Origin: Octopus sinensis
Lineage: Eukaryota
Assembly (NCBI RefSeq): GCF_006345805.1
Contig: NC_043007.1
Span: 33,418,001-33,482,000, forward strand
DNA length: 64,000 nt
Reading direction: 5' to 3'
Numbering within the stretch: the stretch's first letter is position 1; each line of letters starts with the position of its first letter. The position numbers and the translations under genes were made by a program. The notes below the pieces were generated by a model. The model ran no database searches. It saw only the letters and a list, made by a program, of their open reading frames with translations, and had not been told where the DNA came from. This document shows positions 9,524 through 23,544 of the stretch, one piece after another.

Positions 9524-11313
9524 ATATACAGAGCAAAGTAGGTTTCGCTAAAGAGAGAAAACAAGAAAATGAGACATTTTGAAGACGAACCCCGCCCCCA
9601 CCAAAAAACAAAAAAATAAAAGAATAGAAAATGGTAAAATAAAGAAGAGATGAGTGAGACTTATTGAAGAGACTAAAGTAGCATCTTTTCCACTCTATAT
9701 TTAATTAGACAGTACAAGTGTAAACCACTGTCTTATTACTGGTGATTAATGGTGTGCAGAAAAATATTGTAACGATTTTTATCTTAACAAATACTGATTT
9801 CTCTTCAATAAGGGCACAAGACTTTTATTGTTATCCTTTAATTATTTATATATTATTATGCCTATTTTTGAAATTATATTTGTCGACACTGTTTTTTTTT
9901 TTTGCTTGTTTCTTTTTGCTGCTTTTTTTTTCTTTGCAAGGCTAAGGTTTTCGTTTTTTTTTTTTGTGAAAATGATTTTATCTTTTTTTCTAACAATAGA
10001 AAAAATGTTGGGGTTTTTTTGTGCTGTTGTTTTATTGTTTTTTTTTGGTATATATAATGAACTTGTATTGGTTTCTTGTGTATGGAAACATAATTTGGAA
10101 AGAAACATGATTGAGAAAGAAAAGAAAAAGGAAATCATCAACTTCAGTAATAACATCTGCTACTACAATAATAACAACAACAACAACAATAATTACTTGC
10201 ATCAAATAATTAAAAAAATGTACATAAATAATGTACATAAATAATTTTATAAAAGTACATAAATAAGCATTATATAATGAAGATGATAATAATGATGATG
10301 ATGGTGATGGTGATAATAAGTAATAATGATAATGATGATGGTGATGATGTTTCGTATTATTGCTGCAATTATGGTAAATATGGGGACATCATCATCATCG
10401 TTTAACATCCGTTCTCCATGCTAGCATAGGTTGGACGGTTTGACCGGGGATTTGGGAAACCAGAAGGCTGCACCAGGCTCCAGTCTGATCTGGCAGTGTT
10501 TCTACAGCTGGATGCCCTTCCTAACGCCAACCACTCCGTGAGTGTAGTGGGTGCTTTTTATGTACCACCGGCACAGGTGCCAGACGGGGCTGGCAAATGG
10601 CCACAATCAGATTGGTGCTTTTTATGTGCCACCGGCACGGAGGCCAGTCAAGGCAGCATTGGCATTGGCCACGTTCGGATGGTGCTTTAAGAAAATGATG
10701 ATACTGATGATGATGCTGATGATGATGATGGTGGACACAATGAAGATGATGATGACAGAGAAGATGCTGATAATGACGAAGATGATGGTGATAATGATAA
10801 CAGAGATGATGACGATGATAATGATGCAAATGATGATGGTGATGACAATGATGAGGATGATGGTAATGGCAGTCATGACAACCATGATGACAACAAGACA
10901 ACGACAACAACAATACTGATAGGAAACAACAACTACAGCTTACAACTCAATACTAGAACAAAAACTCAAAGCAAATTCTAGTTAATGTATCATTAAAAAA
11001 AACTGAAAAATATAACCAAAATGCAACAAAAAAAATTCTCAAGTTTCTTTCTACTTTTCCTTAACTTTCATTTTTGTTTTCTTAACATTTGTTTTATTAT
11101 CACATGGTTTATTTATTGTAACAAGATTTTCAAATAATTGCTTTGAGTTGGTTGAAGTATTGCTACTGTTTATGCAAGTCAAGCCAGCCACTCCACCACT
11201 CGTATTCACTTGATTTGCTGTGAAACCTGCATGCAAAATTACTCATTCTAGTGGCTAAGAATTTAATAGTGAGTTTACAAAAATATATAAACCCAACAAG
11301 CTCCTTACAATCT

Positions 11314-11843
11314 TTAACACTTTAGCATTTAAACCAGCTGTATTTTTTTTATGCGCCCTTTTCAAGCCTAGCCAGGCTCATGGGCCCAGTTTCCCGGTTT
11401 CTGTGGCATATGTGTTACCCCCCAGCGGGACAGGATGCCAGTCCATCACAGCGTTACTCAAGAAATAGGAAGAGAGAGTGAGAGAAAGTTGGGGTAAAAG
11501 AGTACAACAGGAGTCGCCACCACCCCCTGCCAGAGCCTCGTGGAGCTTTAGGTGTTTTCGCTCAATAAACACACACAACGCTTAGTCTGGGAATTGAAAC
11601 CGCAATCCTCCAACCGCGAGTCTGCTGCCCTAACCACTGGGCCATTGCACCTCCACAAAAACCAGCTGTATCTGGTCTGAATATTTTACCTGTTTTATGT
11701 TCAAACTGGCCATATCCTGCTTCTCACACCTACCCTATTATGTCATTCTAGAAATATACAATCATAAAATTGAAATCTCTAAACTACAAGATAATCCATG
11801 ATTAATTCAAAATAATAAAGTAATCTGAATACTAAAGGGTTAA
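11314..11843. mobile_element. piggyBac-like MITE (TTAA ends) with a nested SINE; an inverted partial copy follows at 11840-12020
   Basis: TTAA-CACTTTAGCATT...AATACTAAAGGG-TTAA. Confidence 0.6.
11344..11656 (-). mobile_element. tRNA-derived SINE with 13-bp target-site duplication; partial plus-strand copy at 28200-28380
   Basis: Head (minus) GGAGGTGCAATGGCCCAGTGGTTAGGGCAGCAGACTCGCGG..GGTTTCAATTCC. AAACCAGCTGTAT flanks both sides (11331 and about 11659). Confidence 0.8.
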
Positions 11844-12429
11844 CCTTTTAGCATTCAGATTATTCTGACTAATTAATCAAGGATTATCTTGTATGATGCA
11901 ATTGTTAATTCTGAAAATGACATTGTAGGATAGGTGGGAAAGGCAAGATCTGGTCGGTTTGGATATAAAATAGGTAAAATATTTGAGCCATATCTGGCCC
12001 AAATATTTAATCCTTTAGCATGGTCATTATTTGACCATGCTGAAAGGTTAATATACAAAATAATGCTAAGAGCTGATGTGCTGAAGTTCTAGATAAGATG
12101 AACATGGCTGGAAATTTCTATGAAGTGCTGTGTTTGATCAGCAATCTTCATACTATGATGCAGTTTGAATACAAAAGGGGGGAAAATAAAAAAGCTGGAG
12201 ATTAAGGAAACCAGTGATGGTCAACCACATCAAATCAGAAATGGAAAGCAAAACAAAAAAATCAATAAACAAAGAAAGGCAATACAGTTCTATATTTAAG
12301 AGATGAGGAATAATGTACATTATTTACATTATTTACATTTGATGGATATTTGTCTTCATCTTGTTTGTTGTTAACACGTTTCGGCTGATATACCACTATG
12401 TCATATGCCCACGGGAAGGTGGGGAGCTT

Positions 12430-12670
12430 GGAAGGCAGCGAACTGGCAGAAACGTTAGCACGCCGGGTGAAATGCCTAGCGGTATTTCTTCTGCTGTTAC
12501 GTTCTGAGTTCAAATTCTGCCGAGGTCGACTTTGCCTCTCATCCTTTCAGGGTTGATAAATTAAGTACCAGTTATGCATTGGGGTCGATGTAATCGACTT
12601 AATCTGTCTGTCTGTACTTGTTTGTCCCCTCTGTGTTTAGCCCCTTGTGGGTAGTAAAGAAATAGGTATA
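12430..12670 (+). mobile_element. SINE family with GGTCGACTTTGCCTTTCATCCTTTCGGGGTCGATAAA core. Copies at 18325-19030(-), 21250-21482(-), 28820-29760(+), 30490-30690(+), 41455-41680(+), 43360-43582(-), 44780-45120(+), 52670-52790(+)
   Basis: Head GAGCTGGCAGAAACGTTAGCAC..., B-box-like GAGTTCAAATTC and a conserved central block recur many times. Confidence 0.85.
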
Positions 12671-12730
12671 TGGCATAGTGGTTAAGAGCGCAGGCTACTA
12701 ACCCCAAGATTCTGAGTTTGATTCCAGGCA
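12668..12730 (+). mobile_element. Isolated tRNA-like SINE head
   Basis: TGGCATAGTGG (A box)...GAGTTTGATTCC (B box); no closing acceptor stem, so not a tRNA gene. Confidence 0.55.
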
Positions 12731-13092
12731 TGAGCTGCAAGAAAGCATGCCTCACAAACGGCAACTACACCTGTTCACCATCATCTATGAAGCATTGGGG
12801 ATGTCGCAGTCTCAGCACATATCTGCGCATCATCAACCACAGCATGCCTAGCCCTCCATTTAGCGAGTGTTGACAGCAAATGGATCACCTAACCATCAGA
12901 ACGTTTCCCTTCCACAAAAAGTGGAAGAGTATGCATTCCAGTTTGGTAAGGTCAGGACAAGGCAGGACAGTCAGACAGTAATCGATGACGGATGCAATGT
13001 ATGCATTCACCACCTCCGCCTGACCTTTTAGGGATAGCTTCCTCTCGGCCCATTCCTGGGTGAGAGAGGCCACCCTACTCATTATCTTGTCC
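12730..13092 (-). mobile_element. L1/Tx1-clade LINE fragment (region C-terminal to the RT core)
   Basis: WAERKLSLKGQAEVVNAYIASVIDYCLTVLPCPDLTKLECILFHFLWKGNVLMVR*SICCQHSLNGGLGM; abuts (GATA)n. Confidence 0.85.
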
Positions 13093-13093
13093 C

Positions 13094-13165
<72 letters not shown>

Positions 13166-14034
13166 TAGACAGACAGACGGACGGACGGACGGACGGACAG
13201 ACAGACAGACAGATAGATAGGACTTGCAAAATTTGGTGGCCTACTTATAAATCTATATTTCTAACATTATATTTCTTCTCCTAAAGTATGATTTATGAAT
13301 GAAATGGTTTTCTTCTGCTTCTTATTTTTTTCCTTCTCCTTGTCAAACTAAAATTGATTGTCATTTACAATCTTGAAATTCCCTCATCTAATGAAATTCA
13401 AAAATTTACAACAGCTGGCTGCATAAGCTTAATGCCTTCTTTAGTGAGAATATCTTTCAGCTAAACATCAAAATATTTTATTTATTGCTTCAGATATACA
13501 TTTATCCTGAAAGTTCCAAGAAATATGAACATATAAAATAAGAGAAATATTGCTATCTTTTGACAATGTCAATACTTTATATCTCTCGATAGAAATCTTC
13601 AACAAAGCTAAGCCAGCCAATGTATATTTGTATCTTGACATTCTTTTTTCAGATTCCATTCTTTTTTGTCGAGATATAAATCTTCTAGATATTACATATT
13701 TGAAAGTAAAACTGCAGTCATAACTGAATTTAATGTTTCAATAGATGGAATTCTAAGTTAAACGTAATTATAACAAGCTCTATGGAACAGTTTGATGCAT
13801 GGTTAATTCGATGTACCATGTTTCCTTGGGGTGTATAATTATATCTAACTTAGTTTTATATGCCAGTTGAGTAAACAATTGTCTAGAAGAAGAAGAAGTG
13901 ACAGTTGCACTTCTTTTGAGTCATTTCTCTGATGGCCTTCTTTAACTGATTTTGTTTTGTATAAATACTGAACAAGTTCACCATTTTAAACTGGAAATAT
14001 CCATATGTACATACATACATTCATACATATATAC

Positions 14035-14067
<33 letters not shown>

Positions 14068-14190
14068 CACATAGATAGATATGTATGTACATATATATGT
14101 ACATACATACATTCATACATATATACATACATACATATATATATATATACATATATATATGTGTGTGTGTATGTATATCTATATGTATTT

Positions 14191-14434
14191 ATGCATAATT
14201 TTAATAATTATTACCTATGAGGTTTATATTCCCATGTTTGTCACTTGATATGATCGGTATTTTAAATAACGATGTTATCCATATTTATATAAATTTATAT
14301 ATTTACTTCATCATCATATTCACTGCGGTGGTATTTTGACCATATCGCCCGAGGAGTTTAGGTGGACAATTCAAATTGGTCATCTGCATATATATGTGTG
14401 TATACATGTGTATATGTAAGTATTTGTATGTTGT

Positions 14435-14496
<62 letters not shown>

Positions 14497-14821
14497 CATA
14501 TATATATATACATATATATATACATGTATATATATACATATATATATGTGTGTGTGTATGTATATCTATATGTATTTATGCATAATTTTAATAATTATTA
14601 CCTATGAGGTTTATATTCCCATGTTTGTCACTTGATATGATCGGTATTTTAAATAACGATGTTATCCATATTTATATAAATTTATATATTTACTTCATCA
14701 TCATATTCACTGCGGTGGTATTTTGACCATATCGCCCGAGGAGTTTAGGTGGACAATTCAAATTGGTCATCTGCATATATATGTGTGTATACATGTGTAT
14801 ATGTAAGTATTTGTATGTTGT

Positions 14822-14860
<39 letters not shown>
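14191..14860. repeat. Tandem duplication, period 387 bp, with (TA)n-rich joints
   Basis: ATGCATAATTTTAATAATTATTACC recurs near 14191 and 14578; identical ORF starts at 14376 and 14763. Confidence 0.95.
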
Positions 14861-14863
<3 letters not shown>

Positions 14864-15167
14864 ATTTATGAGCTATTTTGCATGTATCCCACGGACGAAG
14901 GCAAAGCATTTGTTACTCAAGTCAGAAATCCAGGATCTGGAATTATCCAATAATTTTTGCTAGTTTATTTTGTCTCTTTGTCTTCTCTCCTGGTGCTGTA
15001 TGAACATTTAATGTGGTTTTAAAGTCAAGTTTTGGCTGCTATATCTAGCATAGTGGTATCTTTTAGATACCCTTAATTATAATTTTAATTTATTTATATA
15101 TATATACACATAGATAGATATGTATAAATGAATATATGTACATGTGTGTGGTGTTTTGCATACACAC

Positions 15168-15216
<49 letters not shown>

Positions 15217-15806
15217 TGAACAAGTGATATATATATATTGCTTGTTCATTTTACACCTGTTTTTCTAATCTTTTATATGATTCATCCCTGAGGCTGCGGT
15301 TATGCTAACAAGAAATAAATGAATGCTTAAGACATATATCAAGTGTGTATATATGTGTGTTTGTATTTGTGTTTGTGTATCTGCATGTTCATGCATCTGT
15401 ATGTGTGCTTTTTAATGTAAGCACACATGTAAACACACTCTAGTAATGGGAGAAAATGCTGGCATGAGTTGAACAGTTTCACAGTTTGGGTAGCAAGCCA
15501 GAGGGCTGCACTAAGCTCCAGTCAGCTGTTTTGGCATGGTATCTACAGCTGGATGCCCTTCCTAAAACCAAACATTTTACAGAGTGTACTGGGTGCTTTT
15601 TATAATATATGTTTTTTCTTGTACACACATGCACATATGCTAGTATTGAATAGTGAAAATGAGTACTCAATACCACATTCGGAAGATGAGTATTTTTTGT
15701 TTTGGGATTAACAAAGCAACCAATGGTTTCATGTAGAGAAAATATTATCACAATCTTCAAGTGATCATTTTGGAATGTTGGTAATCATCTCCAATTTGAA
15801 TGTGAA

Positions 15807-15846
<40 letters not shown>

Positions 15847-15933
15847 CAAAATAAGCAACAAGAATGACTCCGGTAATCTGGTACGATCGTTTTGTACTAC
15901 ATCATTTTATTAAATGTTGTAAGTATTACAACA

Positions 15934-15974
<41 letters not shown>

Positions 15975-17435
15975 ATATTTATATATATAAAGAGAATAGA
16001 TTAAAAGTATAGATGGGCAAACAACTGGTATTGGGTCAGTTTATGACATAAATGAGGGGATGCTGAAAAGTTCTTGGGTTTGGGTAAAAGAAAATACAAG
16101 AGGATCAGTTAATTATGATTTTATGCAATGTATTCCCCTCTCAGATTCACACACTTATTGCAGCAGTCCTTCAGTTTTTCTAAGCCCTGTAAAAAACTTG
16201 GAAATTTTGGCCTCCAACATGGCCTATTGCAATAATTATAAAACCAGAAACTCTTTCAGTAACATCCTCATAAAAATATTTATACAACACATACAGAGGA
16301 ATGAATACTCTAAGAAGTTTAACTCAGAGGTATTCAGTAAAAATTTATTCAGAATTATTCGTAATGGTTATGGTATTCGCTGGTATACTATTGGAATAGT
16401 TACAGGTTAAATCAGTAGTATTGATATTACATAGGGGGTTAAGGGAAGTTCTCATAGGTAAAAGCCCAAATATCTTAAAGAAAAGGAAGATAAGCAAATT
16501 GTTCTTTACAGCTGTTTCAGGAATAGATGCACAGTTTGTGTAATTCCCTGCATACAGTCTGCAACCAGCATACGGTGACAATCTATTCTATCTTCTTCGA
16601 AGATGGGATGAATTGTCCAATCATCGGAAACAGGTGAGGGCTGGTGATAGAAAGGGTATCTGGCCATAGAAAATCTGTGTCAATAAACTCTGTCCAATCC
16701 ATACTAGCATGAAGAAGTGGACGTTAAGATGATGATGATGTATATATGTGTTGTGTATGTATGTATAGAGATGTATATGTGCATATGCATATACATGCAC
16801 ACAAACACACATAATATAGAGGAGTAGAGAGGAAGAAGAGAGGAGACTAGATAATTGACAGGCCAGTTGTTGGTGGGCTATAGGCTCTAAAGATTCCAGT
16901 GGAGAAAGAAAGAAAGAGAGGAAGAAAGAAAGAAAGAAAGAAAAAGGAGAGAGAGAGAGGAACAAAGAGAGAGAGGGAGAGAAAGGAGAGAGGGAGGGAC
17001 AGAGGGGAGTGACAGACTGTAGAAGATGGAAAAACTAGTGAAACAATTCAAGCAATTATACTAGAAAAGACAACAGTTACCACAAAAAGAGTAAAAAATA
17101 TTCAAATTTGCTATACAAATGTCAGAGTTAGACTCACTCTCACAGTCTCTCTCGCTCTCTTTCTTTCCTTCTCTCTCTCTCTCTCTCTATATTGTATATA
17201 TTATATATATATGTATATATATATGTTTCTATGTGTATATATGTAAGTCTGTGTGTGTATATATATATCATTCTTTTATTTATTTCAGTCATTTCACTGT
17301 GGCCATGCTGGAGCACCTCCTTTAGTCAAACTAATCGACCTGGGGACTTATTCTTTGCAATCCTAGTACTTATTCTATTGGTCTCTTGGGGGGGAAACAA
17401 ATACAGATACATAAACACACACAGACACACGCACA

Positions 17436-17484
<49 letters not shown>

Positions 17485-17644
17485 GATGGGCTTCTTTCAG
17501 TTTCCGTTTACCAAATCCACTCACCAGGCTTTGGTCAGCCTGAGGCTATAGTAGAAGGCACTTGCCTAAGGTGTCATGCAGTAGGACTGAACCCAGAACC
17601 ATGTGGTTGGTAAGCAACCTACTTACCATACAACCACTCCTGTG

Positions 17645-17676
<32 letters not shown>

Positions 17677-19215
17677 GAGTGTGTCTGTGTGTGATGATGA
17701 TGGTGATGATGGTGGTGATGATGGTAATGATGGTGCTGATGATGGTAATGATGGTGCTGATGATGATGATGAGTGAGTGAGCTAATCTATGACACATACT
17801 TTCGATCCTTATAAAAAACAAAATTATTTATGCAAGATATTCAGCAAAAAACTGAATACTCATATGTTGCTTTCGAAAGATCACTCCATCATAGTACAAT
17901 TTAATGTAGTGTTAGACGGTGTTCCACTAATAAATTGGCTATTTAAAATTTCACTTGGCAAAGACAGCTTCTTTTCTCAATCAGCAGAGAGAGCGAGAGA
18001 GAGATTTGCAAAGAAATTTTGCCAGAAAGTGTTCAGGCTATCGACACTGTTGAAGACATATCCTATAGCTTAAAGTTGATTTATTTGAATCTTCTGAAAG
18101 ATGTCATTGACGATGTGGTATAACACAATTGTGTTATCTCGCAGCCTAATCTTGTTAATCTTGCTATTATCATAATCAATGTATTGTGGACTAAAGATTT
18201 TTCTGATTTGGTGATCTATAGAACAGCCAATGTCTACCTAAGAAAAGAAATTCTGTGTATATTTTCTTTGGCTGTTTTTATATTCAACCACTTTTAGTTA
18301 CCTCTATATGACTGTTCTTTCTTATTTCTTTATTGCTCACAAGGGGCTAAACATAGAGGAGACAAACAGGGACAGACAAAGAGATTAAGTCGATTACTGG
18401 TACTTATTTAATCAACCCCGGAAGGATGAAAGGCAAAGTCGACCTTGGTGGAATTTGAACACAGAATGTAGTGGCAGATGAAATACCTATTTCTTTACTA
18501 CCCACAAGAGGCTAAACACAGAGGGGACAAACAAGGACAGAAAAACGGATTAAGTCGATTACATCGACCCCAGTGCGTAACTGGTACTTATTTAATCGAC
18601 CCCGAAAATTTGAAAGGCAAAGTCGACCCCGGCGGAATTTGAACACAGAACGTAGTGGCAGATGAAATACCTATTTCTTTACTGCCCACAAGGGGCTACA
18701 CACAGAGGGGACAAACAAGGACAGACAAACGGATTAAGTCGATTACATCGAGCCCGGAAGGATGAAAGACAAAGTCGACCTCAATGGAATTTGAACACAG
18801 AACGTAGCAGCAGACGAAATACCTATATCTTTACTACCCACAAGGGGCTAAACACAGAGAGGACAAACAAGACAGACAAAGGGATTAAGTCGATTACATC
18901 GACCCCAGTGCGTAACTGGTAATTATTTAATCGACCCCGAAAGGGTGAATGGCAAAGTCGACCTCGGCAGAATTTGAACTCAGAACATAACGGCAGATGA
19001 AATACCGCTTTGCATTTCGTCCGGTGTGCTAATGTTTCTGTTCTTTCTTATGAAACTGCTACTACTACTGCTGTTGTTGTTGTTGGTGGTGGGGATAGTG
19101 GTTCTGCTGCTGTTGTTGTTGATGGTACTGCTATTGTTGGTAGGGATTGTGCTGTTGTTGTTATTAGTGTTGGTGGTGATGGTTATGGTGATGGTTGTGA
19201 TGTTTTTTTTCCAAG

Positions 19216-19335
19216 GAAGGAAGGGCAACACCCATATGCTTTTGAAAGCCACAGTTATTGGCAGGAGGAAGGGATGAAGTTATTCTCAGATGGGAAACCT
19301 AACCCAAATAATTCCATCAAGATGAATATGGACAG
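19216..19335 (+). CDS. Candidate 120-nt exon (phase 2-2)
   Basis: Acceptor ttttttttccaag, donor AG|gtggtg; KEGQHPYAFESHSYWQEEGMKLFSDGKPNPNNSIKMNMD. No homology recognised. Confidence 0.25.
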
Positions 19336-19700
19336 GTGGTGGTATTTACATTAGGTGATGGGAATAAGTCTACAATGCATGGATTCACACACCTATATAT
19401 ATATATATCATGATGATGATCATCATCGTTTAATGTATGTTTTCCAGTTTGATGGAAGCTGATCAGCTGAAGGGCTGTTCATACTCCATGTCTGTTTTGG
19501 CATGGTTTCTACGGCTGGATGTCCTTCATAATGCCAACCACTTTACAGATTGTACTAGGTGCTTTTACTCAGCATCAATACGATTGCTTTTTATGTGGCA
19601 CCAGCACATATATACATATATCACCACCGTCATCATTGTTTAACGTCTGCCTTCCATGGTGACATGGATGCATACATACATACATACATACATACATACA

Positions 19701-19731
<31 letters not shown>

Positions 19732-19908
19732 GCATGAATGCATACACAATACAAACAATATACACATGCATAATGCTTATACACAAACACACACATACAC
19801 ATACATGAGTGTGGACTGTGTGTATATATGATTTAAGGACCGTGTAAAGTCCTCACTGAAAGCATGTGAAATATGGAAGGTGAATCAGGAAGGCAATGCT
19901 AGTCATTA

Positions 19909-19941
<33 letters not shown>

Positions 19942-20899
19942 TACTCACACACACCCCCAACACATACAAACTGGTTACGATGACAAGTATCTTAGGTGAT
20001 CCGATCAGTGGACCAGCCTGCTTGTGAAATTAATGTGCAAGTGGCTGAGTACTCCACAAACCTGCATACCCTCAACATGGTTCACAGGGAAATTTAGCAT
20101 GACACAGAATGTGATAAGGCCAGCACCTTTTAATTACGTACACAGCTCATTTTTGTCAGCTTTGATGGACTGGTGCAATGTAAAAAAAAAAAAAAAAAGA
20201 AAAGTGTCTTGCTGTTAGGAATTGAACTCACACCCTTATGATCAGGGGCTGAGTACCTTAACCACTGTGCCACATGCCTTTGCTGCACACATACATATAA
20301 AGAGAAGGCTTTATATTTTTACATTTGTACCAACTACTACAGGTGCACTAGGTTATGTAACAACAGATTTGCATAAATGCCTAGAAACGATGCCGAGAAA
20401 TGATGAGGATTTTTTAAGAGACAACAAAGGAAGCTCATACATATTTTCTAAATACAATCAATTAGCAGAAGTGGGAAAAATTTACAATACATTCCATAGA
20501 TTCTCCATTTACGTTTCCTGGAATGAATACATGCATGCTTTTACATATGCATGTGACATACACATGCACAGACACCGGACATGTATATGTAAATAGTAGT
20601 GAAACACACAAACTTGTGCACTGAAGTGTCATGTATTCTCCTTACAGGAAAGTGAGTTAATTCCACACATGCATCTGTGTATATGCATACACTGAGTTAT
20701 TCACATAATCACAAATTCCAGAAAGAGATTTGACTGAAACAAGAGAACTTTGTCACTTTGTGTACAACCAGCTAGATTTAATTCAGTCACAAAGAACTAA
20801 GTGAACCCAAAGAACTAAATGATAAGTCTCAAAGAACTAAATCATGCATGTACACTAAATGTCTAAAAAGTAATCTCAAAAATGCTGGGTTTATAAAGA

Positions 20900-21140
20900 A
20901 GTGCTGAGAACTTGATCAGGTTGAAACCTGTTGAAGAGGGAGATCTGATCTAGGAAGACATGAGACGATAGGGTGCAGTCTGATTTGAAAATGTTGAATC
21001 TCATGAAGGAGATAAAGAGCCATAATGAGTTAATCAGAGTTCTATTATCAGTTGTATCTATCATGGTCCTCTGGACCATAACAGACCAGTTGCCCACGGG
21101 AACTCCTCTATGCTGATGACCTTGTTACTATAGCTGAATG
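20900..21140 (+). mobile_element. Rearranged RTE LINE fragments
   Basis: A GR..RKT..VQSDLKMLNL-like 3' piece followed by SCPRELLYADDLVTIAE (RT YADD). Confidence 0.7.
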
Positions 21141-21769
21141 CATCACAACCACCATCCATAGTTCTGGAGAAAATCTACCGACTGATGCAAGCATAGCAAG
21201 AAAGTCATTAAAACAATACTGGAGTTAATAGAATTTGTGATGCATAATATATATTTCTTTATTGCCCACAAGGGGCTAAACATAGAGGGGAAAAACAAGG
21301 ACAGACAAAGGAATTAAGTCGATTACATCGACCCCAGTGCAAAACTGGTACTTTATTTATCGACCCCGAAAGGATGAAAGGCAAAGTTGACCTCGGCGGA
21401 ATTTGAACTCAGAACGTAACGACAGACGAAATACGGCTAAGCATTTCGCCTGGCGCGTTAACGTGTCTGCCAGCTCGCCGCCTACACAGGGCCCCTCCTT
21501 ATATTTCTCTTAAGTACTATCTGTCACACATCTCATAATCTTCTCGCCACTCTCTTTCACTGTTATTTATCTTTATTGTTATCCCATCATTATGATCATC
21601 ATTCCATTTTTCTATTCAACCCTTTTACCAACAACCCAGGAGTAGCTATCACTGATTCACTCTTCTATTACTCTTTAGCTCACCGTCCTCACATTCCTAT
21701 TACACTTTTTGCCCCCAATACATCAATACTCTAGTCTCTATTCTTTCATTCTCTTGTTTATCTTCTGTC

Positions 21770-22700
21770 TATCCATTTCCTTGCATGTTCTTTCCACATG
21801 TTCTTTCCATGATTAGCAATTGGCACTTCTTTATTCTGTTGTCCTCATCCATCTGCATCACATAACCATACCAGCACATTCTCTCTCCTGCACATAACAT
21901 CTGATGCCTCTTATGCCCAACTTTTCTATAAGCACATCTGTATTTTGTCAAAAATACATATTGATGTCGTACATTCATCAGAGCATACTTGTTTCATTTC
22001 TTTCAAGTCTTCACATGTCCTCTACATTCATAGTTCAAATTTCCCAACCATGTAGCACTACTGTTTGTTCACAGGTACCATATAATCCACCTTTAATTCT
22101 GAGAGATGCTTTTTGTTACCAACAGTAATAAAAGTTCTCTGAACTTACTTCATCTAATTAATATTCTAGGAACCATACTTTCAGCATATCCTCCTCCATT
22201 GCTAATTAGGTCACTTAGATAACAGAAACTACTTTCTATTTTTAAGAAGCCTTCAGGGCATTTTGGAGCATATTTCCCAACACTCTTTCTCTGTTAACCT
22301 TTCGTTCATTCCACTGCACCTCTGATGTGTCCATAGTTTGCACTGAGCACACTATATAGAATTTCTCTCTACACCATGTCTATATATGGAACCAGGACAT
22401 TCACCTGAAGGAATTAACGTTTTGCTTGTTCTCCTGCTAATTAGAATTTTAGTCTTTGCTAATTTAACCCTAAAACCCTCTGATTCCATTTGATTGCAGG
22501 TTTTGTTTCCATACTAGGAATTTTAATTCCAATTTTTTCTATGCAATCAACTATAATAACAAGATCAACAGTATAAAGGAGTCCCCATGGGCAACTAGTC
22601 ATAAATCCTTTCACTACATTTTGAAGGACTAGGATAAATAATAAAAGGGGACTGATAACAGAACCCTGATTTACTCCTATCCGCACTGGCTCAGGAATGG
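21770..22700 (-). mobile_element. RTE-clade LINE RT remnant
   Basis: GVNQGSVISPLLLFILVLQNVVKGFMTSCPWGLLYTVDLVII, followed by a degenerate ..CWYGYVMQMDEDNRIKKCQLLIMERTCG C-terminus. Confidence 0.85.
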
Positions 22701-23141
22701 AGTTCGCTTGGGGAAGGCGGTGGAGGGGGGGGGGGCAAACCCAGGTCCAAAATTTTTTACACACAACGTCTTATTGTTTTTTATTATTTCTTTCTATTCT
22801 TTGCTCTTTGAGAAGAAACCTAACATCAAGCCACTTTTTACAGATCACATTTTATGTACTGTTTTCTAAACCAAGGAAAAGTAAGTAGGGGTACAAATTC
22901 TGATTTTGCACACTCCACAGAAATCTTAAGAGGTGTGCTTGCAGCCCTGTTATCAGGCCCATGCCTACCTACACATTAAATTCTCTACTGTACTCATTGT
23001 TAACTCCCTCATTCAGCTAATGGCATCCCTGTATATGGCATGAATGGTTCTCACTTGCCATTCACCTACTTCAAACTTTCTACTAGTAACCATCAGATGT
23101 GGAATCAAGGTGCCCTGGCAAAGGCTTTCACCAGGTCAATG

Positions 23142-23183
<42 letters not shown>

Positions 23184-23222
23184 AAGATAGATAGATACAT
23201 AGATAGATACATAGATAGATAC

Positions 23223-23309
<87 letters not shown>

Positions 23310-23544
23310 CAGGCACACACATACACACACACTACATCCAGACATCATGATAGTGTATTACAAGGAAACTGCATGATGGCAGACATCATATTTATTGGAA
23401 GCCATGTTGATGACATTAATCTCATTGATATGTGATAGGACAGATTGATATAACATTACTGAGCAGTAAAACAGAATATATTGGGACACTGAAATGATTT
23501 GCAAATCTAATGATAATGCACGGGTGACAGTTACTGTCAGCATT

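Noticed and set aside
13560-13660. ISIERY resembling the GPCR DRY motif
   Set aside because: No hydrophobic TM3 or neighbouring helices; likely chance.
19830-19900. Apparent 42-nt exon DRVKSSLKACEIWK
   Set aside because: Better explained as an RTE C-terminal scrap (RFKDxxKxSLKAC).
20648-20651. 4-nt microexon pattern ccttacag|GAAA|gtgagt
   Set aside because: A single such match is expected by chance in 64 kb, and there is no anchored gene model.
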